This document shows positions 27,385 to 41,989 of a stretch of DNA of 64,000 nt, one piece after another. The notes below the pieces were generated by a model. It worked only from the letters and a program-made list of their open reading frames with translations. It was not told where the DNA came from and did not search any database. Origin of the DNA: Eledone cirrhosa (taxonomy: Eukaryota); NCBI GenBank assembly GCA_964016885.1, contig OZ024743.1:40858001-40922000 (forward strand), given 5' to 3'. A program made the position numbers and the translations under genes. Numbering within the stretch: the first letter of the stretch is position 1; each line of letters starts with the position of its first letter.

Positions 27385-27549
27385 CATTTATATGTATGAT
27401 GTTTGTGTATGTGTGTAAACACATATATAACGTTAGAGAAATAGATAGTTTCATATACATATACGCTTCTGTTATGCACCCTCACACAAATGACTAACAA
27501 ATTATACGGTTGCATTAATAGAAAATTAGAATCGCACATTCACACACAC

Positions 27550-27626
<77 letters not shown>

Positions 27627-29210
27627 ACATATTAAACTCTACACTTTTAAACACAAACTGAAGACTACAATCACCTAAATGCATACAGATATCTATTTGT
27701 CTATCTAAATACTTATCAAATTTCCTGCTCCCTCTCCCCATCTCTCACTTTCTCTTGCTCGCTCCCCCTCCCCATCCCCCCTCTCTCGCTTTTTCTCTCT
27801 CTCTCTCACACACATATATATATATGTGTGTGTGTGTGGGTGTGTGAGTTAGCGTAAATAAGGAGCACCTTTGTTTTCAAACATTTCATGCGAAAGACAC
27901 GACTGTGTTCGAGGTTAATATTTTCCTAGAACGCCCTTTCATACTTCTCTATTAATGCTTTATATTTAGACTGAAACAATACTATTAATAGTCTTTCAAC
28001 GTTTCAGACAATTCTCAACCATATCAACAACAATGAAATGGATATTGTTACATTATGATATTCGAGCACTTTACTCTTGTGTGGGCAATATAATAAGAAT
28101 AGGGGAAAGATTTTCAACTACCGAATATAAAATTCCTACAATTATTTAGATTCTGTACTTGATTTTAGGTTTGCTGTGTTTGTGTGAGTTGTTGTTCACT
28201 CACAAAAGGCGAGCGGGGAGCCAAGGCTATCTTGAAAGAAACATGTCAAAGATTCCACACAGTGAGATAGGACACAGCAGCTCATCATTGCGTCCTCAAT
28301 ATCTTAGTCACTCAATCGTGTATGCGATCGTGACATAAGTATTTAATTTCGTAGATATAATACATTTATGATGTCGCGATGGTTAGTGTTTGGATCATTC
28401 AGCTTATGATCGTAATGTTGTGTCTTTGAGCAAAATAATTTATTTGGGCTTTCACTAGTCGAAAAAGAGTTGCACACGCAATTCAAAGAGAAAGCGTTGG
28501 CACATACTGTGCCGTGCAGAATCTTCCTGAGATTTACATTATGGTTACATTACGGTTACATGCGTGCATTGCTCAGCTAATTGGCCATTAATTACATGCA
28601 CACGCTGATCCGTTCATAAAAGAAGGCAGAGGCCCAACACATACAAAATGGGAGATAAACACCTCATAATACCTTTTCTATTTTGATGAAACGATTTGCT
28701 ATGTAAAAGAGTATAATGTAGTTGAAATAAAAGATATTTAGTGTAGGTTTTCTGGATAAGTGTGCAGCTGTCCAATAAATGTTCAGTTCAATTAAAATGG
28801 AGTATATATGTATATATTGTAAGAAATCGATTTAGAGAAGGAGAGAGTGTGACTAAGATAGTGAATGAGAAGGAGAGAGAGGGGGAGCGAGATAGAGAGG
28901 GAGTGAGAGAGAGAGTGGGAGAGAAAGAGTAAGGCAGGTGAACTGTGACAGTCACGATATACGTTAGACACTATGAACAATTTCAATTGATGTTCATTGA
29001 CACGGAAGTAGCACGTGGAAGCTAACAAAACTCAACTGTCTTACTACTTATAATACAACTACTATATTATAATATATATAGATATAAATATATATATATA
29101 CAGACGCACGCACACACACATATATATACACACACACACTCTCTCTTTCTCTCTCACACACTCACACAATCACACACACACACACACATACACATATATA
29201 CATATGTGCG

Positions 29211-29260
<50 letters not shown>

Positions 29261-29261
29261 C

Positions 29262-29326
<65 letters not shown>

Positions 29327-29358
29327 TATATATATATGTATATATGTATATATATATG

Positions 29359-29423
<65 letters not shown>

Positions 29424-29986
29424 TTATATATATATATATATATATGCACAGACATTGAAGGTGGAAGTTAGCCTCCATAACGTTGTGGCGAATGAGGCAA
29501 ACAGAGCTGGCGGATTTGCTACATAGAGACAAACATAGAGGCCAGAAGTGACCTGGTCCTGTCTGTATCGATTACAACATTGAGGGGAAAATACAAATCA
29601 TGGCAAGTATAATCGAAGAGGTTATCTAAGTAAGGTGTTTTGACATGTAATCTTGAAAGACGAATGCGTGGCTACACCGGTGTTTCGTGTAAACCCACCC
29701 ATTCATTCCAATCTCGTCACTTTCCATACACACGTACTCACGCCATATTGACGCCACTAACAAACGGTTTACACAGAACATCAGCTTAAAAGACGTCTGT
29801 CTAAAATATTCTTCAGACACTACTGCATTCTGTATTTTCCATCTTTCTATAGGGAAGCATACACACACACAAACACACACACACATACACGTACACACAC
29901 ACACATATATATATATATACACACAGATCGGACCATGAGTAAATACGTATGTTTGTTCTTGTGCATCTATCTCTCTCTCTCTCTCT

Positions 29987-30171
<185 letters not shown>

Positions 30172-31459
30172 GACCCATATAGCTACAATTCGGAGATATT
30201 TCATGTTTATTAGTTGTCATATCAAATTGCCTGTATCATACAACTGTCTCCGCACTTCAAATCTTTGTCTCTCTCACTCTCTCTCTATCCTTCTGTCGTC
30301 TAACTTCCTTCCTCCCCTCTCTCTGTTTCTTTTCACAGACACACACACATACACGAGCGCGCCGCGCACTTATATATATAGATATATACCGGAAATATCT
30401 GTTCCATTATAAGTATGGTCATTTTTTCTCAGGCAAATTCAACTGATCTTTCGAAGTGGCTAGCGCCAGTCTTATAGCCAAACAGCTTGCGTGACAGGTA
30501 ATACTATTGATTCAGTCATTACACTAAACTCAATAACAATATTTGATTAGAAGGAAGCAAACACCGTTATTGAATACCGTCTTACTTATTCTCTTATTTG
30601 AGAAAAAGTATGTTTTAATGGTTAGGTTGTACGGTCTACAAACGTTAGGTCAATTGTACGATTCCTCGCGGTGTGTTGTGTTCTTGAGCAAGACACTATA
30701 TTATAAGTTGCCCCAGTCTACCTTCCTGCCAACTATGTAATATCAAATGTATTGAATTGTGATTCCGTCAATAAAGATTACTTTTAAATGAAACACAACA
30801 TTATGGATCTTCCTGGGGGCTTACGTTGTACATTAGAGCTAGGACATATATATATATTGGGAGCCTACATGGTACTCTTCGTTTCCACATTTCTATGTCT
30901 TGGAGACTATATGTACTCTTTGTCCCACACATGTCTTGGAGGCTTCATGATACTGTTAGTTCCCCAAATTTATGTCACATAAATATAGATTTCATTCTAC
31001 ATCACGAAACAATTGAAGGAAACAGAATTAGTCCTATCGGAGACACGCATCAATAAATCATATATGTATACTGCTTGTGTCACGATAAAATGCACTCAGT
31101 ACATTCTGTACATTGATTGACCAAAGGATGGGTATGTGCACCCAGTTGTAGCCAATATGTTCAGACACCTAAGGAAAATGTGAACTCAGACCACACCTAT
31201 CTTCCCAACCGTTCGGGTCATGATACCAATAAAATCACCTGTTGAGTTTTACTTCAATTTATTATTATAATCTCCCGTCGGTTAGTTTAATAATCGTATA
31301 ATTGTTTAGTTGTTTATTGTCATTGCTCTCTCGTCACACATTCTATGACCTTTTCACTTACTAATTTTGTTAATTTGTGTCTCCACTTTGTTCAGTTTTA
31401 TACCATCTTTTCCTTGTGAGCTGTACACCTGAACTGTGTAAGAGATACATCCGGGGGTC

Positions 31460-31660
31460 AAGCTCGTGACAGGTCTTCCAGATTGCTCGTCATATTCCAC
31501 GGACGTTGTTCCGTTTTTGAAGAGCCCGTGACACTCGAAACATTACGTACGACCCATTGCCTCATGAACTTAAGCTTGCCAAAACAAGCGCAATGTCTCT
31601 GTAGCAGACTACACAAGTGAACGCCAAATTCCACGTTTCCTTTCCTGTTTCCTTTCATGA
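31460..31660 (-). pseudogene. Mariner transposase N-terminal HTH remnant
   Basis: Manual translation across a frameshift: NVEFGVHL/SATETLRLFWQA*VHEAMGRT*CFECHGLFKNGTTSVEYDEQSGRP. Confidence 0.8.
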
Positions 31661-33092
31661 CAAAATCGCAGGCTACAGCACATACCTGATCACAAAATCA
31701 CAACTTGCGAAGTGAACACAGCAATTTCACTCGGCACACTAACAGAGTAAGGTCACTTCTAGCTCTCACTGCACACGCAAACGTATGATGCCATATGTTG
31801 GTGCACTAAGGAACTAGTCTGCTCTACAGAACTAATGTATTTCGCTATAAACTAATGTCTATCGTAGAAGAACTCTAAGTATATTTTGAAATATTTGATA
31901 TTTCTTAAACATCCACTCCCTCCATTACTTTTTCTATTTCTTTCAATTTAGAAATTAATACTATCCTCAAAAATTAAAATGTCAAAATGATTAATACTTC
32001 CAGAATTATCGTATTTAATTCTTCCAACTTACTGTCACTGACATTTTAATATCAATGTGTTTCGATGCATTTTTTCTCAATATATATTGTATATATTTAA
32101 AATAATATCTGCATTACTGTTCACTAGACTCTACGTCATGATGACGTCAGCAGAGATTCATACATTGTACAATACTATACGTCTGTCCCTGAACACCTGC
32201 TACAGCTGTGATGCGTCGTTATGATGCACGACAAAATCTGGGCATCAAAATATTTGAGTCACACACCAAATATGTGGAAGAGATAGAGAGAGTAGAGGGT
32301 TTTGGTCTACGTGCTGGACTGATACTATTTTCTACAGCTGCCTGAGCCAGCACTCACTTTAGTTATCGATCTAGAAAGAATGGACGACAATAATGCAATC
32401 AACTTGCAAGAAGATGTTTATTATTTCGTTTACAAGATATACTTCTCTAATTTTAAAACGGTTCTTGAACTACACACTGAAGATACTTCCGTGGTAATAT
32501 CTCGACAAATACAGCATGTGCTAAGTAAGCTTCTACTAAGAACTTTCTGTTTTCACCATAAGTTCACAGCTTATCTATGCTCTTATCATTTATCATGTAT
32601 TGTGTGGAATATTCTGTGAATATGCGTCGTTTAGCGGTTCAGATATTCAGCTTAGGTGTGCAATGTTGTAGGTTTGATTCCAGGTAGCTCATGATAGCCT
32701 TGACCAATATACTTTATTTCATATTGTTACAGGCCGCTAACAAGACACAAATGAGTTTTCTCTGTATTTGAAAACGCCAGCATTGTCATACGGTGTCACA
32801 CTGCATTTCGCTGAGAATTCACACGTTAGTATGACGAAGAAGCTGTTCTGTTCATGAAACATATGGTTCACACACTGTTTTGTTTAGATTTCTTTGCTCC
32901 ACCCTCGACACGGTTAAACATTTGTCTTACTCATGCTGCATGAGTATATATATATATTAGAAAGTGAGATTTTCTTACAAAATGAAAAATAACCGAGGTG
33001 TCCTACACGAGTGAAAGTATAAAGAAAAAAAGATGAAATCGAAAATGTAACTGGCGTCTTATTTTTAATGAAATATATATATTTATTCGGTT

Positions 33093-33130
33093 CCTTTACC
33101 GGTTTCGCAGTTCCTCTGCTTTTCATAAGA
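33093..33130 (-). ncRNA. Minimal hammerhead with variant core
   Basis: CUU-AUGAAAA-GCAG-AGGAA-CUGC-GAAA-CCGG-UA-AAG. Confidence 0.5.
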
Positions 33131-33315
33131 AAGTAAAGTTGAGATGGAGGGTCTGTGGTTTTTCTCACATCTGATATATACATATATATATATATCAGAT
33201 GTGAGAAAAACCACAGACCCTCCATCTTAAATCTACTATCCGGGAGCTTCCAACCGACATGGTCGCATTCTTTAAGGGTGTGTCAATATGTGTTTATAAA
33301 ACAGATCTATATTAT

Positions 33316-33378
33316 ATTTTATCTGATGAAAGCGCACCATAATTTGCTTTGGTATCCTTGAAATATGTATAATGAAAT
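33316..33378 (+). ncRNA. Type I hammerhead ribozyme
   Basis: AUUUUAU-CUGAUGA-AAGCGCACCA...UGGUAUCCUU-GAAA-UAUGUA-UA-AUGAAAU. Family copies at 40001, 40206 and ~46223. Confidence 0.75.
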
Positions 33379-33413
33379 AAATATGGTTTTATAAATATAG
33401 TTTCCATTTGTTA

Positions 33414-33474
<61 letters not shown>

Positions 33475-33849
33475 ATAATTAACTAATTAATTTAATGAGA
33501 CAATTCTGTTGATTGGTTAATTCTTTGTTAGTTTAATAACATCTGGTTGAAACATTTGGAATGCTTGAGCAGAAATTATAATATTTCCCTTGTTACCACT
33601 TTGAATTTACCCGCCAAAAACCGGGGGTTGCTTCCCTTGTTGGAAATAAAACGTAACAACGAAGTGTTCTAAGGCTGCCCCCTGTAGCGGTCGCATTTAA
33701 TTTGTTCACACCAGTTTGAGGCAGAACGGAATCCGGGTTGATAAAATGAATCCTCTGTTCGATCATGGAATACCACAAGCTTGGAAACACCTCAGACGTT
33801 TATCGTTTGATTTGTCCAGGTCTGTATTTTAACCTGTAAGTTCTTTCGT

Positions 33850-34015
33850 TATTTTGGTATTGTATGGTTGGGTTTTGCCTACCGCAATGTTCAATTTGTC
33901 AAACTATTTAAACGTATGTTATTACTCTTGAGTGCATGGCTAACTAATTCCTATTGTAGGTCGACTTTGCTTAGCCACAGCCAAAGCTTCGATTATTACT
34001 AAACTTCCACTTGTA
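33850..34015 (-). mobile_element. Probable PLE ORF C-terminus/3' remnant (relative at 46320-46492)
   Basis: [19 protein letters not shown] resembles the GIY-YIG terminal LxIxEALxI..P motif. The 46 kb copy leads into a decayed HHR. Confidence 0.5.
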
Positions 34016-34018
34016 TAC

Positions 34019-34122
<104 letters not shown>

Positions 34123-34137
34123 ATATATATATATATT

Positions 34138-34166
<29 letters not shown>

Positions 34167-34170
<4 letters not shown>

Positions 34171-35541
34171 GAAAAATGGAGTGCTGCGTGGTTGCACATG
34201 GGTTACATATGAATAAAATTAGTCCTTCATCAGATATCTTCCAACCTTCATTGGTATTTCATCGCTTTAAAAATAATGTACCTCTGGTTGGTGCGAGCAA
34301 TAACTAAATAAAGTTATTGAGACAAGGAAAATGGGGTGAAGCGAGCGAGACATGTAAACAAACAAAGATGGTATTGCAACGGAAATATAGGAAGAGACAA
34401 GTCCATTATATCAATAAGCTTAAGCTTAGTGAAATCATGGACGAGAGATACAGACAAAGTGATGAAATACCAATGAAGGTTGGAAGATCACTGATGAAGG
34501 ACTAATTTTATTCATATGTAACCCATGTTCAACCATGCAGCACTCCATTTTTCTTATATTTATATTTTTTTCTCAGCTGCGATTGTCTGTTTCTTTTGTT
34601 ACTGCTTCCCCTCTCTCTGTATCTCTCACCTTCTTTTCACCCACTCTGCAAGTCACACTCTCTCTCAGCTGGCCTTTTCCTCACACTTCCACACACTCAC
34701 TCTCTGCTTCTCTCCCTCTCTCACTTCCTCCTGTTTGACCTGTGTGAAATCATTTTCTCGCTCACTCTCACCTAGGGCGGATGGTCTGTATCTCTCGTCC
34801 ATGATTTCACCAAGCTTAAGATTATAGATATCATGTACCTGTCTCACACTATCTTTCCGCTGCAATACCATCTTTGTTTGTTTACATGTCTCGCTCGCTT
34901 CACCCTATTTTATTTGTCCCAATAACTTTATTTAGTTATTGCTCGCGCCAACCAGAGGTATATGATTTTTAAAGCGATGAAATACCAATGAAGGTTGGAA
35001 GATCACTGATGAAGGACTAATTTTATTAATATGTAATCCATGTGCAACCACGCAGCACTCGATTTTTCTTATATTTATATTTTTTCCTCAGCTGCGATTG
35101 TCTGTTTCTTTCTTACTACTCCCCATCTCACTATATCTCTCACCTTCTTTTTACCCACTCTGCCAGTCACACTCTCTCTCAGCTGGCCTCTTCCTCACAC
35201 TTCCACTCACTCACTCTCTGATTCTCCCCATCTCTCACTTCCTCCCGTTTGACCTGTGTGAAATCCTTTTCTCGCTCACAGCTCATCCAGGTCGGATGGT
35301 CTGTATCTCTCGTCCATGATTTCACCTAGCTTAAGCTTATAGATATGTACTTGTCTATTCATATCTTTCCGTTGCAATACCATCTTTGTTTGTTTACATG
35401 TCTCGTTCGCTTCACCCTATTTTACTTGTCCCAAAAACTTTATTTAGTTATTGCTCGCACCAACCAGAGGTATATGATTATTAAAGCGATGAAATACCAA
35501 TGAAGGTTGGAAGATCACTGATGAAGGACTAATTTTATTCA
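34167..35541. repeat. Tandem ~512-515 bp repeat (~2.1 copies) preceded by an inverted partial copy (34167-34455)
   Basis: gatgaaataccaatgaaggttggaagatcactgatgaaggac at 34461, ~34977 and ~35488. Reverse complement at ~34215-34263. (TA)n flanks. Confidence 0.92.
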
Positions 35542-36223
35542 TATATATATATATATTGAGTATATGTTGGTTGTTTACCGACACCTCAGTATGCAGATTG
35601 GAGCACTCGACGAAGTACTCAGTTTGGTTTGGTTACTCCGGAGTAATGTAACATTTTTTTTTCTTCTTTGATATTTGATATTGGCTACAATATTGTATTT
35701 AATTTTTTTTTTGTTTACTTCTTCATTTTATTTTATCTTTTATTGTATCTTTTATTATTTTATTATTTTTTTATTTTTTTATATTGTATTTCTTCATTTT
35801 ACTTTATCTTATTTCATTATCTGTTTGGCACCCCCCACCACTTGAAATGATGGTAGGATTGATGCCAACCCGCACACACTAATTCTTCTAAAGACATCAA
35901 CAGTAGAACTAAGGCTGACCTGCCAGCTAACCCCCTAACACCAATAACCACAAGGGAGGAGGTCAGCTGTACTTAACAAAAACAGCCACAACAGATTGTC
36001 TTGCGTCAGAAAAAATTTCTATAGAATTTTAACTGAGGAATGTTCTCAAAACTGACCAATGGGAGGAGTGAGTGTCCTTTGATGACGAAATTCGTTTGTT
36101 CGAATTCATATGATTCCAGTTTGCCAGAGATAAAAAACCCAACCAGGAGCTGGACATATCGGAGTATTGATGGAGTAAAACACTTTAACAACATGTGTAC
36201 CTGTCTCTACCACACCAATTCGG

Positions 36224-36282
36224 ACTGCCTGAAGAGGTCACAGCCAATGATGGCTGTCACCGAAATATATATATATAGCAGT
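36224..36282 (+). ncRNA. Type I hammerhead ribozyme with (UA)n stem III
   Basis: ACUGC-CUGAAGA-GGUCACAGCCA-AUGA-UGGCUGUCACC-GAAA-(UA)6-GCAGU. Confidence 0.88.
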
Positions 36283-36331
36283 ACATCTTTATTAATCGAA
36301 GTCAAATTTTAAATAATTGACTTAATTATTT

Positions 36332-36410
<79 letters not shown>

Positions 36411-36593
36411 TGTAATTTTTTATTACGAGTTTTATATTCCAGATATAAATATGCAAAAAACAGTTGCTTTTAGGGATGAAGAGGGGGAGAGAGAAAATCA
36501 TAGAGAGGGAAACACATACACAGACTTATGAATATATATATGTATATATATATGTGTGTGTGTGTGCGTATGTGTGTATGTGTGTGTGTGTGT

Positions 36594-36625
<32 letters not shown>

Positions 36626-37268
36626 ACAACCATACACAGGTTGAAAATCCACTACGATTTACTATACACGAATAACTGTAAGACATGTTTGAGTAATTAA
36701 ATAATTATAATTATTATCGCGTATTATGCGCATCTTAGTAAAGCTAGTGCATTGCAGTTATGTAATTGCAACAGCAACTAGCATGGAATCATTGTACTGT
36801 TGCATAAGAATAATTATGCATGACAGTCTATAAGAGAAAACAAAGTTTCTGATATGCGTCTACCAGTGATACCCTCGTTCATAGTTGTGTTTGTCTGTTA
36901 TGTCACACTGACACACAAGTATGAACAAAAACAATACATTTTCTGAATTTGAAGTGGAGATGTCAGAGTAGATAGTCGATGGCGATATAAACGGAGACGT
37001 AGTTTAAAATTGAAAATACACAGTAGAACGTGAGTGATCCAGTTTAGAAAATGTAATCGATGTTTCTGAAGTTAATGAATTAAAATCAGAATCAATAAAG
37101 AATTGGTTGGAGTAGACAATGCCGCCACTTTATGTTCAGTACAGATCACACAGTACACAACGCAAGAACATGCATTCATTCTATTTTCTTTAGTGTCAAA
37201 TAAGTTTGACTTCATATACATTGGATTTGATTCGTTCTCTAATCCCCCGACAAAGAAACAAATACATC

Positions 37269-37301
<33 letters not shown>

Positions 37302-37331
37302 CAAAGAGAGAGAGTGAGAGAGAGAGAGAGA

Positions 37332-37414
<83 letters not shown>

Positions 37415-37722
37415 AAAACAATGAAATAAAAATTCAAGTCATTAGAAATATACTTCACTGCTTTACGATCGTTTCTAGGTTATAATAATACATCGTACGC
37501 ATATTTCGTTATCGAACTATGTAGGGTTAGTTACAAAATATCAGATATTTACTTACATGTACATCATCAGCTGTTGACAAAAGCAACAAGAATTGTATTC
37601 AAAATCAGTAGTAAATTGAGTTCTATGTCCTTATTTGGAGGTAGCTGAAGAACAAATGCAATTGCATGGACATATATGTATCTATGTATATATGATATGC
37701 AACTATGTGTGTATGACATGTA

Positions 37723-37788
<66 letters not shown>

Positions 37789-37801
37789 CATATATATATA
37801 T

Positions 37802-37853
<52 letters not shown>

Positions 37854-37931
37854 GTGTGTGTGTATATGTGTATGTGTGTGTATGTGTGTGTGTACATGTA
37901 TGTGTGTGTACATATGTATATGTATGTATAA

Positions 37932-37972
<41 letters not shown>

Positions 37973-38727
37973 CATTAAGTATATTCTAGCCTTCTTAGTT
38001 CTATACCACACTAATGTCTGTAAGTACCTCATCAACCCATAAACTTCTCTCTTCTCAGCTGCTGTCAGCACTTGATCCTAAATCCAAGAACATTTAAAAA
38101 TACTACTACAACAGAACTTTACCTTCCTCTTATCATAATTATAGTCAGCATGTTTTCTCTTTGTATGTATGTATGTATGTATATGTATGTGTGTGTGTTT
38201 ATATATATATATATATGTTTGTGTGCATGTGTGTGTGTATATATATGTATATATATATATTGCCTCCTTAACCGCTGTATTAACTTGGCCATTATTTAGC
38301 TTTGTTAGTGTTGTCTTATACATGTATGTTATTGAGGATGAGAAAGCTAGACAGCCCTCTCATCTAATATAGACCACACACATTCCACTACAGTGATAAA
38401 TCCTCATCGGTCAGATAAAAACCGACTATTACGGCCACCTGACCTACATTGTTTAAAAACACCAGCTTATCTTTACGCTTGATATAATACACCCTACGAC
38501 AGTTTTTACATGTCAATTTTATACATCTGCCTCATGTCAGCTAGTTTTACACGCTAAAATCATATATATACTATACTTCCCACCTAGATTGATGTTTTGA
38601 TTATTTCAAATAATTTATTGCTAGCATTGTTGATATTGTTGTTATTGTTCTAACTAAATGCCATTACTACTGCTTATAGTAGACTGTATATTCTTTTCAT
38701 GCCTGTATATTCTCTTCATTCTCGCAA

Positions 38728-38833
38728 GCTCCGATAAACTGACTGGTTATAACTTTGTATTGGCGATCGAGGAACGTGAAAATAAGCGGATAGCGATATC
38801 TAGACTTACCAGTTCAGAGAAACAATTGTCAGC
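38728..38833 (+). ncRNA. Decayed type I hammerhead with long stem II
   Basis: GCU-CCGAUAA-ACUGACUGGU...ACCAGUUCAGA-GAAA-CAAUUG-UC-AGC, with two core changes. Confidence 0.55.
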
Positions 38834-38889
38834 AATGAGATTAAAAACCTTTTTTGTATAGCAAACCGTGTCACTCTTCTTTCAGGATT

Positions 38890-38989
<100 letters not shown>

Positions 38990-39010
38990 AAGAAACAATA
39001 CAATATAATT

Positions 39011-39080
39011 ACCTCATTACCAGAGGTTTCCCGAATAAGACGAATTCGAAAGACGTCCTCATTCGTTCGTCGGACAAGGC
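39011..39080 (-). ncRNA. Type I hammerhead, U4C variant
   Basis: GCCUUGU-CCGACGA-ACGAAUGAG...CUUAUUCGG-GAAA-CCUCUGG-UA-AUGAGGU. Confidence 0.68.
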
Positions 39081-39673
39081 AATTTAAAACATAGTGAAAT
39101 ATTTGGAAAGTCTCCTCAAGAAATGCAAAAAATATATAAATAAAAGTAATGAAAGAGATATATAAAAAAATATAAGGAAATATAGTTAGGGTATGTGTAT
39201 ATGTATGTATATACACTCACAAATGTACATATGTGTGTATGTACAAATGCATGTGTATGGTGAAAATGTGTGCGTAAGTACATATATGAGGGCAAGTATA
39301 TTTGTGTATATGTGACCACAAATACGTATATAATATGAGTTGAAAAGGAAAATGTATGATAATATAGTTGACACGCATCCAGATACAGGTATTAAATACA
39401 CATACGAGTATGGAAGCACGCGTATAAACACACATACACGCGCGGTCACTTATATGCGGAAGATAAAGAGGGAAGGGAGTGTAATAGTAAAAAGAAGTGT
39501 CATTCTCGATATATGTATAACAATGAAACAATATATGTATAAAAATGAAACAATATATGAGAATGAAAAATGTTTAAATCAAAAAGAAATAATCAATTAA
39601 CACTAGAGAAAAGAAAACAAACATAGGTACGCACGTACATACACATATATATATAAAACAAAATTATAGTTAT

Positions 39674-39728
39674 ACTGCTACATATATTTCAGTGACAGTC
39701 ATCATTGGCTGTGACCTCTTCAGGCAGT
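39674..39728 (-). ncRNA. Type I hammerhead ribozyme (36224 family)
   Basis: ACUGC-CUGAAGA-GGUCACAGCCAAUGAUGACUGUCACU-GAAA-UAUAUG-UA-GCAGU. Confidence 0.85.
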
Positions 39729-39804
39729 CCGAATTGGTGTGGTAGAGACAGGTACACATGTTGTTAAAGTGTTTTACTCCGTCAATACTCCGTCAATACT
39801 CCGT

Positions 39805-39896
<92 letters not shown>

Positions 39897-40000
39897 TATA
39901 TATATAAAGAGAGTATATATATATACTATATATATATATAGAGTATATATATATACAATATATTAACAAATGGAAACTATATTTATAAAAAACCATATTT

Positions 40001-40063
40001 ATTTCATTATACATATTTCAAGGACACCAAAGCAAATTATGGTGCGCTTTCATCAGATAAAAT
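40001..40063 (-). ncRNA. Type I hammerhead ribozyme, intact core
   Basis: AUUUUAU-CUGAUGA-AAGCGCACCA...UGGUGUCCUU-GAAA-UAUGUA-UA-AUGAAAU. Confidence 0.78.
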
Positions 40064-40205
40064 ATAATATAGATCACTTTTATAAACAAATATTGACATA
40101 CCCTTAAAGAATGCAACCATGTCGGTTGGAAGCTCCCGGATAATCCGACATGGTTCCATTCTTTAAAGGTATGTCAATATTTTTTATAAAACTGATCTAT
40201 ATTAT

Positions 40206-40268
40206 ATTTTATCTAATGAAAGCGCACCATAATTTGCTTTGGTGTCCTTGAAATATGTATAATGAAAT
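40206..40268 (+). ncRNA. Hammerhead copy with G5A core change (predicted inactive)
   Basis: Core reads CUAAUGA. Confidence 0.7.
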
Positions 40269-40425
40269 AAATATGGTTTTATAAATATAGTTTCCATTTG
40301 TTAATATATTGTATTTTTACTCCAAAATTTTGTTGAGTGCTTTATATCAGATATAAAAATATTTGGTTGTTGTATCCCAACAAATTAAATATAAGTTCTA
40401 TATATATAGTACATATATATGTAGA

Positions 40426-40577
<152 letters not shown>

Positions 40578-41076
40578 GAGTATTGAAGTTTGCTTGAAGC
40601 ATTGTGGAATAATAAGGTACATTTATTTAAGTCCTTTGGAAGTCTCGACAATGCAGATGGGTAAATCTCCGGGTAACAGGATCCGGTGGTAGAGAGATAG
40701 ATGTAAGTATGTGTACGTTGAGATGCGTGGCGTGTATAAGACGTGTAGAGGAATGAAGGAGAGAGCGTAAAGGATAAAAATAAAAATAACAACACGAGAG
40801 AGAGTTACCTTGGGAGAGATTTAATTGTCCCTATATATTTCGGATTCACTTCCATCAACTGGGGGTAATTTCCGGGGTGGGGGAAAGGTTGTCTGTCGGA
40901 AAGGTGCGAAACGTGTCCTCCGCTGTTCGTTAGCGGAGGACACGTTTCGCAGATTTCTTCATAGGAACCTTTATCCCTATAACTTGGTTTTATTTATTTT
41001 TTTTATATGGTTAATTATGCTAATTGGGAGAGGAAACGGTATATATTTTATCTGGTGATTCTATAGACATCTTTTA

Positions 41077-41111
<35 letters not shown>

Positions 41112-41190
41112 AGTACGTATGTATACGTACATACATATATGTATACAGACGTACAGTAGCATGCATATATATATACATACACACACACAC

Positions 41191-41248
<58 letters not shown>

Positions 41249-41410
41249 GCATACAGGTACACATACATATATGCACGCATCAGTTTAGCCGACGTTTATT
41301 ATAACGCCGACCGCTTTGTTCGTTTGTTTGTCAACAAAGCGAACAGCCTGAATTTATGCCATACGGTGTTAAGGCAACCACGTCACCTTTTTGTTCAACA
41401 CTGACACAGG

Positions 41411-41455
41411 AACGATGTACTAGTTTCAAGCTTGTTAGCTATCATCAGCACCGTT
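41411..41455 (-). ncRNA. Minimal type I hammerhead ribozyme, array copy 1
   Basis: AACGGUG-CUGAUGA-U-AGCU-AACA-AGCU-U-GAAA-CUAG-UA-CAUCGUU. Confidence 0.88.
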
Positions 41456-41718
41456 TACCCATCTGCCAGATAGTTGAACGTTCGAAAGTATATACTTTCC
41501 TTATGAAAATTAACGGCTGAGCAGCCTAATTTGCATATTGAGTGAGTTAAATCGGTCAGGCATACCGAAAACGATAAGTTGAAAAAAATGAAAACGAAAT
41601 TTCATTTCTCACTCTTAGTATGGCACTTACTTAAATGTAAGTACGTATGTATACGTACATACATATATGTATACAGACGTACAGTAGCATGCATATATAT
41701 ATACATACACACACACAC

Positions 41719-41782
<64 letters not shown>

Positions 41783-41944
41783 GCATACAGGTACACATAC
41801 ATATATGCACGCATCAGTTTAGCCGACGTTTATTATAACGCCGACCGCTTTGTTCGTTTGTTTGTCAACAAAGCGAACAGCCTGAATTTATGCCATACGG
41901 TGTTAAGGCAACCACGTCACCTTTTTGTTCAACACTGACACAGG

Positions 41945-41989
41945 AACGATGTACTAGTTTCAAGCTTGTTAGCTATCATCAGCACCGTT
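41945..41989 (-). ncRNA. Hammerhead ribozyme, array copy 2
   Basis: Identical motif. Confidence 0.88.

Larger units (their letters stand above)
39953..40314. mobile_element. Fold-back element (arms 39953-40125 / 40145-40314), each arm carrying an HHR
   Basis: Arms are reverse complements of each other. Homologous to 33230-33420. Confidence 0.9.

Noticed and set aside
29450-29860. Complex sequence in ORF 29626-30204 (-)
   Set aside because: The ORF starts in microsatellite and I could not assign a family.
40916-40950. Hairpin tgcgaaacgtgtcctccgct / agcggaggacacgtttcgca containing GAAACGTGTC
   Set aside because: The inverted repeat is real, but no complete core or stem I can be assembled.
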